DNA from: Macrostomum lignano
Taxonomy: Eukaryota
Direction: 5' to 3'
Assembly: GCA_002269645.1 (NCBI GenBank)
Contig: NIVC01000069.1
Coordinates: forward strand, 248,001-312,000
Length of the DNA: 64,000 bases
Below are positions 36,922 through 64,000 of the stretch, one piece after another (position 1 is the stretch's first letter; each line of letters starts with the position of its first letter). The notes beneath the pieces were generated by a model that saw nothing but the letters and a program-made list of their open reading frames with translations, made no database searches and had not been told where the DNA came from. The position numbers and the translations under genes are program-made.

Positions 36922-39900
36922 GGGGACAAGAAGGCGCCCTCCTAGAGAACATCATGGGGTCCCCGGAAGTCCAAGGAGAGACCGAACGGCCAAACCTTGG
37001 AACTAACTGCCTTCCCAAACAGCGATGCCCCGCAGGGGGCGAGAGACTAAAACGCGGCAGTGGAGATATCGATAACGACGTCAGAAATACCGATAACATC
37101 GACACAGTCCTTCGACTCCGCGGAGGGTGCGGTACAGCCCCCCGCAGCAAGCGGAGTGGTAGCGGGAAGAACGGCGAGGACCACAGCCCAGAGCTCATCC
37201 TGCAATTCAATTGCAACGGCCTTCGGGCCCGTTCCACCGAGCTGGCCAAGTGGCTCCAGACTAATCGACCTGCAGCTATTCTGCTTCAAGAGACAAAACT
37301 CCGGACGGGACAAGTTTTTAACCCGCCGGACGGATACTGCGTGGCCGCTAGGTGCGACGGCCTCCCCAAGGACGCAGCCCAGCGGGGACAGGAGCCAGAT
37401 GAGAGACCATCCGAAAGCAGCGCTCCCTCGGACACATGTCCGACGCCTTGGACAAGGTGCGGAGGACGTCGCCTTACTAGACCACGATGCCGGATGCGCT
37501 GGCCGGAGGACCGCACCGAATGGTGCCCTGGATGCAAATCGGGCCGCACCGGTTGCGTTCGCAGGAACGAGCCATGGCCAACACCGAGTCTGAATCAGGC
37601 GGATATCACAGTGATAGCAACAGAAGACGCAGGAACACACGCACCCGCACCTACGTCAACGGCTGATGCAGCACAATTACAACACAAGGGGCTAGCCTGG
37701 CACCTCCTAAGAAAACAGGCTGGCAGTGCTGCAAGTGCGGCAACCAAATTAAAGGACGGCAGTATTCGGTCCGATGCAACGGCTGCAACGACTGGTGTCA
37801 CCTATCGTGTAGCGGCCTGGGCCGTAGCAACAGGTGGACAAGTGCTTTCAAAGCGGAAATGTGCAACTCCTGTACACCTGTCCAACCGCCGCCATCACAG
37901 CCACCGGCAGAACGGAGCCCATCACCGTCACCACCGACACCACCATTACCGATACCGATACCAACAAATAAGACTCGGAAAAACCCGATCAATCACGCGG
38001 CCCGCGGCGGGGCGATGATTCTCACCCGCTCGGACATTGCCGTTGACAACATACCGACGCCAGGAGATAAGGAACGCGGCATGCTGGACGTCGCCGCAGC
38101 CGCCATCCACCTCAAAGACTCAAAGCCAATCACGCTCGTTTCTGTCTACGCACCACCTATCAGCGACCAGAGAGGCGAGACCTGGCACCCCCCGCTCAAT
38201 CTCATTCCGGACGCCCAGCGCGTCATCATAGGGGGCGACTTTAACGCTCACGGGATTTGGGACAGCCACCAAGAGGAAGATGACAGAGGCCGCAGGGTGG
38301 AAGCTTGGGCTAGCGCAAGGAACCTGCGACTCGCTAACGGCGAGCGACACACCCGCACCAACCCGGCGACAGGCGCTTTATCCTCGCCGGATATCACCTG
38401 GACCAGCACCAATCTGCTGAGCAGCGTCGCGGACAGCTGGACAACTCAGAGTGACATGGGCTCGGATCATCTTCCCATCACGTTCCAGCTTTGCTCCGCT
38501 CACAAGCGCCCGACCAGGCAGAGGCGCCCTAGGACTGCAAAGTGGAGCTACCGAAAGGCGGACTGGAGTGGTTTTAAACAGGAGCTCGCCACCATCGATG
38601 CCGAAAGGGAACAATACCCGACGGAAGGTGTCGAGGCCGAGCACCTCCACGCCCTTATCTGCGACGACATCCTGAAGGCGGCGAGCCATAACATCCCTAA
38701 AGGGGCTCTCCCGAGGACCAAACCCTTCTGGAGCGAGGAGTGCGAGAAGGCCACCCAGGCCTGCAAAGAGGCGCGCCGGACAGCTGAAACTGAACCGTCC
38801 GAACCCAACATTGCAGCCTTCAAAATGGCTAGAAACCGAGTTCGGTCCACCATTCGCAAGGAAAAGGAAAAAGCCTGGAACGAGAAGGCGGCTCAGCTAG
38901 ACGTTAACAGTGACCTCTTCCGCCTGCTGAAGAACATGAGGGGGGACGGGCACACCCCCGCCAGCAGTACATCTATTACCAGGCACCAGACGGGTGGTAC
39001 CGCGCCCAGCAGACCAGCGCGAACTAAACTGGAAAAAGCGAACCTGTTCTGCCAGATGTACAGCGCGGTCTCCAGAGTACCAAAACGCCCAGAAGACAGA
39101 CTGATCAACAAAAAGGCCTATGAAGCGGCCAGTGCCCGCTGTTGCGATGCCGACAATCGCCAGGGAATCTGCCAGCCCTTCAACCCCACGGAGTACCGGA
39201 ACGCCGTCCGAGCCCTGAAATCTGGAAAGGCACCCGGACAGGACGGAGTCAGTAATGATATGTTGAAACACTTACCACCGTCCACTGACAAAAGACTCCT
39301 GGAGCTCATTAACAGGTCATGGATGGGAGGCAAGTGCCCGTGGCAGTGGAGAAAGGCTACCATTATCCCGATTCCCAAGAAAGGGAAGGACGCCAGCAAG
39401 CCGGAATCATATCGCCCAATCGCCCTAACCAGCTGCGTGGCTAAGCTCGCAGAGCGCATGGTCCTCCAGCGTCTCCGTTACGCCCTGGAGGCCTCGGGTC
39501 GGCTGACCGCCAGCCAGGCGGGCTTCCGACGGGGGCGTTCCACTGAGGAACTCATTGCCGACATCTCCCAGGAGATCTTCGACAAGCTCGAGGCCACCCC
39601 GCACATCAGGTCAGTGCTCTGCCTGCTTGATTTTAGCCGCGCTTACGACAGAGTCTGGAGGGCGGCTCTCTACTCGAAGCTGCGAGACTTGGGAGTGCCA
39701 GCCGACGTCATCCGGTGGATCAAGGCCTTCCTGTCAGACCGAAGAGCCCGCGTGCGCGTCGGTGACTGCACCAGCAAAGAACGCATCTTCCGGGAAGGAC
39801 TACCACAGGGGTCGGTGCTCGCCCCCACACTGTGGTTAGTCTACGTCAACGATCTGGCTGATGCGGTGCTAAACGCCGCCGCGGGTGTTTCCATCAAACT

Positions 39901-41754
39901 TTATGCCGATGACAGCGCCCTCCTGACCTCTAACAGGTTTCTGGACACATGTGAAGAGAAGCTGCAACCCGCGCTGAACGCCGTCTCACAGTGGTGCAAG
40001 GAATGGAAAGTGGAGCTCAGCGTGGAAAAGAGCGTGTACGGCACTTTCACGCTGGACGCAAAGGAATCAAACGGCAAAAAGAGACTCAACCTGCTCATCG
40101 ATGACAAGCCAATAGCCTTTGACCCAGCCCCGAACTACCTCGGTGTTCGCCTAGACGGTCAACTCAATTTCGCGCAGCACGCCGCGACAGTCCGCGCCAA
40201 GATGTGCGCCAGACGCCGACCGCTCGCAGCGATGGCCGGCAGGAGCACCGGAGCTGACCTACAAACGATCCGAACAGCCTACATCAGTACCGTCCGCGCT
40301 GTGGCCGAGTACGCCGCAGGTACCTGGCTATGCGGCGCCGCCCCCTCCACCAGACGAGCTATTGAACAGCAGCAGAACGCGTGCGCGAGACTGATTACGG
40401 GATGTATCATGCCGACCAACATCCGCTCAGTCCTACAACTGGCCGGGCTCACACCGCTCTCATTCATCGCGTCCGAGAGGGCGGCACGCCTAAGGGAAAG
40501 AGTCCTCAGACTCGACCCGAGTGTCTCGGCGGGACAAGTAGCCTTGCGGAACACCAGGCCTAGACTGAAAAACCGTACCTACGAAGCTTTGGCACGCGAC
40601 CACGGCCGCACCCACGGAGACGGCGGCGCCGACGACGAAGCACAGCCGAACTCGCTGAACCTCATCGACCCGCGGGACGCCACCCGCCCCTTCCGGAACT
40701 CTTGGAGGAGGGCGGCACTGGAGCTGCCGTCGGTTGCCATGTTGGATTCCCACAAAAGAGGCGACCCGGTAAGCCCCGGCATCCCGCCGTGGGAGTGCGA
40801 CGCACGGGACATTAACATCCGCCTGGACATCTCGGCCCGATGCCGCCGCACGGACCCCCAGGAGTCCCGGAGCGCGGCGGCAACGGAGTTTCTGCAGTCA
40901 CTGCCTGAGGCTGACATCTGCGTGTGGACAGACGGATCGGTGGCGGACGGCACCGGACCCGGCGGCAGCGCCGCTATAACCTGCACGAACTTGGCGAGCC
41001 ATGTGCGCAAGGCCCCGGCCGGAATCATCTGTAGCTCCTTTGACGCAGAAATGATAGCCATCCGCGAAGCACTGGTTTTTATTAAGAACAACTGCAGCCC
41101 GAGCGAAAAGAAGATTCGCCTATGTAGCGACTCTTTATCGTCACTGACAGCACTAGGGGCCGGACCACTAGCCCAGGCGACTAAGACCGGTACGGACTGC
41201 TGGCGCCACATGCTAGACATCAACGAAACGGCCGACATAGAACTAATCTGGGTGCCAGGCCACTGCGGCATCAGCCTTAATGAAGCGGCGGACCGCGCGG
41301 CCGGCATGGCAAGAGGCTTGCCCCAAGAGGAAGTGCCCATCTCCTTCAACGCCGCAAAAGCAGCCATTCGCCGCGATCGCCGGACCCTGGAGAAAGAAAC
41401 CCTGCCGCAACCCTGGCCGGACTTCAAAGCGAGAGACCGGCGGGAGCAAACGGCGGTGTGCCAGCTTCGCGCAGGCATGACGATGCTCTGCGCCGAGATC
41501 CAGCACCGATTCGGTATGATCGATAACCCGCAGTGCCCGGACTGCGGAGAACTCGACGACAGCGCCCATGCGCTACTTCACTGCCACCGGGGAGACGCTC
41601 GACGGATGGCCCTGGTCGGGAACGATCACGAGGAGCTCCTCCGGAACCCGGGAAAATGTCTCTCGCTCCTTCGGAGCATGGGGCGATGGCCCCCGCAAAT
41701 TTCGGCGCCGCCGCGCCGGTAAAGCGAGCGCTGAAGCAGAAGAAGAAGAAGAAG
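36922..41754 (+). mobile_element. Full-length Ingi-type LINE, copy B: APE with PHD insert-RT-RNase H-CCHC, nearly intact
   Basis: TSD AAGAGCAGAAT (36911-36921, 41755-41765); GGGG 5' end; (GAA)n tail; ORF 36954-41722 with one frameshift near 37620-37720. Confidence 0.92.
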
Positions 41755-43659
41755 AAGAGCAGAATCCAAATCAGTCTCAGTCTATTGCTGTTTCCTCTGA
41801 GCACAGGCCCTGCTCTACAGAAGCGGCTCGTTGCCTGTTGCAGCAGCAACCTCAGCCAGCCGTCATGATCAGCCCGTTCACGCCGCAGGACACCAGCCAG
41901 CCTGCTGATCGGCAACAACAACAACAGCAGCAGCCAATTGACGACGAGGACGCAGCTGAGAAGGATTCCAATTTGTCGTTGTCCTCCCAGCGACTTGTCG
42001 TAGTCGATTTGGCAGCGGCGGCTGCTGCAGCTGTAGAATCTTCGCCACACTTGGCCGCTGGCTCGTCTGACCCGGACTCGCCCGGCCAGTGCCGGCCAAG
42101 AGCGATACCGCACAAGTACCTGCACCGACCGCAAGTTGTCCAGGCTAACCGGTCTAATTAAGGTTGCCGGCCCCACCTCCCCCACCTCTGCCATTGATTT
42201 GTTTAACTTTAATCGCTTGTGTTGTTAGTTGGCTTTTTTCAAGAAAAAACAACCTTCAATTATTATTACGGGCATCTATCGCGTGCGTTTATTAGTTCAT
42301 AATAGTAGTAATATTCTACTAGTAACATTTATTTATTGGTCGTTACTAAAAGCCTAGCTTAGTCTGGATACTGGTGCACATGTACAGACTCGCTGGCAGG
42401 CCAACTGTAATTATTTATTATTAAAGTCATTCATTAATGCTTAAAGCCGGTTTTATATTTCAATTCAGATTCTTTCTGACCCCGTCTGTACACATAGTTT
42501 AGAAAAGCCTCTGATCATATATATCCGGTATATATGCTAAGCCGTCAGTTTCTATGGCTAAAAGTGCAGACACCATCAATTAATTAATCATTTAGTTAAT
42601 TGATTTTATCTGATAAATAATTTGTAATTCAAAAATTTGTGTACCACAATTAATACGCCATATATAAATGTAGTCAAACGTTTATTTGCTCAACACGAAA
42701 TCACAGTTTCAATTTGTTGTTATTGTTGTTGCTGTTGTTATGTTGCAGAATTGCTCTTGTCGCTTCAAGTTAATTAAATTTTATAGTTTTTTTGCGTATC
42801 TATGCCAAATATAAACATAAGCATTGAGGGGTTACAGTTAATTTGTTAGCAGACAACAATTCTGCCTCATATAGTAATTATTTATTAAACAATTCATGTA
42901 GTCCCTTGTTAATCCCATTGTTCCTAATTAAACTTTTAATCTCCCCCGTGTGTGCTTGTGCTCATGCCGTTGCTATCTGCAATCACTATCGTATTTCTCC
43001 GTGCATATGTAATAAAACATTAAATAGTGCGTATTGTCAACTACTGTAATCTTTATAGTCCTACTAATAGTAATATTGCTTTTTCTTGTGTTTTTGTGTT
43101 TAAAAATGCCATGCCTGCTCGCGTTGAACCTGTGTGCGTCAGATATAATTAGTAAAAATCAATTGTATATCTATATTATTGTAATTTGATATACTATTAT
43201 TATATTGAAACTATTCGCAAATATATGGCTTTCTGACACTAATAGTAATAAATATATTATTTAATTTATTTAATTTATTTTATAATTTAGGCAGAATCAA
43301 TTGCGCAAGATAATGAAACCGGCGCATTCATCATACTACTGACTTCAAGTAGGTAAAAAATTCTAAATCTAATTAAAGATTTTTTCGATACATATCGTCG
43401 TTAATTGTACCAATGATAAAATGCCGCTTAGAACACCGAAATGAATAAGAAGAAGCCAAGCCGCGTTAAATTGTGCATCTATAACAGTTAGTTGTAATAA
43501 CAGTGTATATTTATACTAAACTCTACTGTGAAGTCAGCAATGCTTTCTACCGACATGTTGCGCACGATTGTCAAGGTGCTTGAATGTTCTGAAGTAAAAC
43601 GAAGGACTAAAGTACATCAATTTTGAATACTAATTTATATTATTATTTCCTGCCCTAAT

Positions 43660-43850
43660 GGCCAGATGTGCAAGCGACGCATCCTTAATTACCCCCAGCT
43701 GGCACCCATTTTTACAGTTGGGGAACTACAGCAATGTAGAGGTAGGTTCTTGCTTAAGGACGCAAATTGTTCCAAGTTAAGTGGGTCGAGAATCGAACCC
43801 CTGACCTTTCAGTCGTGAGTCCAACGCTCTAACAACTAGGCTACAACCTC
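43660..43850 (-). mobile_element. tRNA-derived SINE related to 1378-1584
   Basis: Minus strand GAGGTTGTAGCCTAGTTG (A-box-like)...GGTTCGATTCT (B-box); shared core ...CTGTAAAAATGGGTGCC. Confidence 0.7.
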
Positions 43851-43858
43851 ATCACTAA

Positions 43859-47362
<3,504 letters not shown>

Positions 47363-47629
47363 TACTTACCAGTACATCCGTGCAGAACGTGTATACATAT
47401 TTATTTGGGTTCGTGCGCACGGGAAAGTTCTCAGTTTGTATCTATTGATAATAACTACAGTTGAAGCCTAATAACTTGATGCTGAATCAGTGTGGTATGC
47501 TAATGTTAATTATAATAAGTGTGCATGTGCATGTTGAGTAAATAAAATATATATATTGTTTCCTACTCAAAGTAAGAACTGCGCTTCACCCTTAAATTGA
47601 GACCCGCGCCCTTTTACATTGAGAATCCA

Positions 47630-47880
47630 TCTTCTAATTGAGAATCACTTCCCCTAATTGAGAATCACTTCCCCTAATTGAGAATCACTTCCCCTAATTG
47701 AGAATCACTCTTCCCCTAATTGAGAATCACTCTTCCCCTAATTGAGAATCACTCTTCCCCTAATTGAGAATCACTCTTCCCCTAATTGAGAATCACTCTT
47801 CCTTTAATCTAGAATCGCCCATCCCCTAATTAAGAATCCGCCCATCCCCTAATTAAGAATCCGCTCATCCCCTAATTGTG
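47630..47880. repeat. 19-21-bp minisatellite (aattgagaatcact[ct]tcccct)
   Basis: Read directly, downstream of the GPCR stop codon. Confidence 0.85.
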
Positions 47881-47918
47881 AATCGGATCTTCACAGAAAA
47901 ATTCGCTCATTCGATCGA

Positions 47919-63785
<15,867 letters not shown>

Positions 63786-64000
63786 GACTGAAAAGCGACT
63801 TGCAATATGGATAAAATCTCTATTTTGGTTGAATTGGGTTTATATAGAAACAATATTTTTTTAATTGAAAGGTCGATAACAACAGCTAACAGCTACAAAT
63901 TACCTCGCGGCCACCTGTTTTGTCCCATGACGCATACATGTAGGTCTAGCTTCATCGGCATGGTCTCGAATCTCTCTGATCAGCCTGTTTTTCATCATAA

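Larger units (their letters stand above)
31068..42161 (+). pseudogene. TFAP4: AP-4/cropped-like bHLH transcription factor, disrupted; exon 31068-31241, then one large exon split into 31647-32430, 36812-36921 and 41766-42161
   Basis: EKRSRREIANCNERRRMQSINSGFESLKTLLP...GEKLSK|AAILQLTSKYI matches AP-4, including the intron after KLSK. C-terminal LEHLMMAIERIEG resembles the AP-4 LxTIVxAIxHIEG motif. One base missing at ~31220. Exon 1 not found. Confidence 0.85.

Noticed and set aside
32396-42194. Many overlapping and antisense ORFs across the Ingi LINEs
   Set aside because: Shadow frames of GC-rich coding sequence, with no independent motifs.

Overview
Repeat-dense genomic DNA from an invertebrate animal (spliceosomal introns; no prokaryotic features or CRISPR). 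Two host genes are recognisable. (1) A TFAP4/cropped-like bHLH gene (+, 31068-42161) is disabled by a 1-bp frameshift and two full-length Ingi-type LINEs inserted in its polyQ exon; removing them at their target-site duplications (TSDs) restores the reading frame. (2) A 13-exon GABA-B-like class C GPCR (-, 63785-47919) has introns filled with satellites and seems to lack one internal exon. The rest is nested mobile DNA: a mariner derivative; two tRNA-derived SINEs; a 3.4-kb tandem duplication with a templated junction; a Helitron with an intact spliced RPA70-like gene, joined head-to-tail to a second Helitron start; a 16-kb Mutator/Foldback-type element (555-bp terminal inverted repeats [TIRs], 9-bp TSD) containing an 8.2-kb EnSpm element and an RTE fragment; a LOA-like LINE; two Tc1-like derivatives; and a THAP P-element derivative in a telomere-like satellite. 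The most striking observation is that both diverged Ingi LINE proteins carry a ubiquitin C-terminal motif (TVLRLRGG, all codons synonymously different) just before the endonuclease, and both endonucleases are split by a conserved Cys motif, plus a PHD finger in one. All calls come from manual reading and motif recognition; no searches were run.
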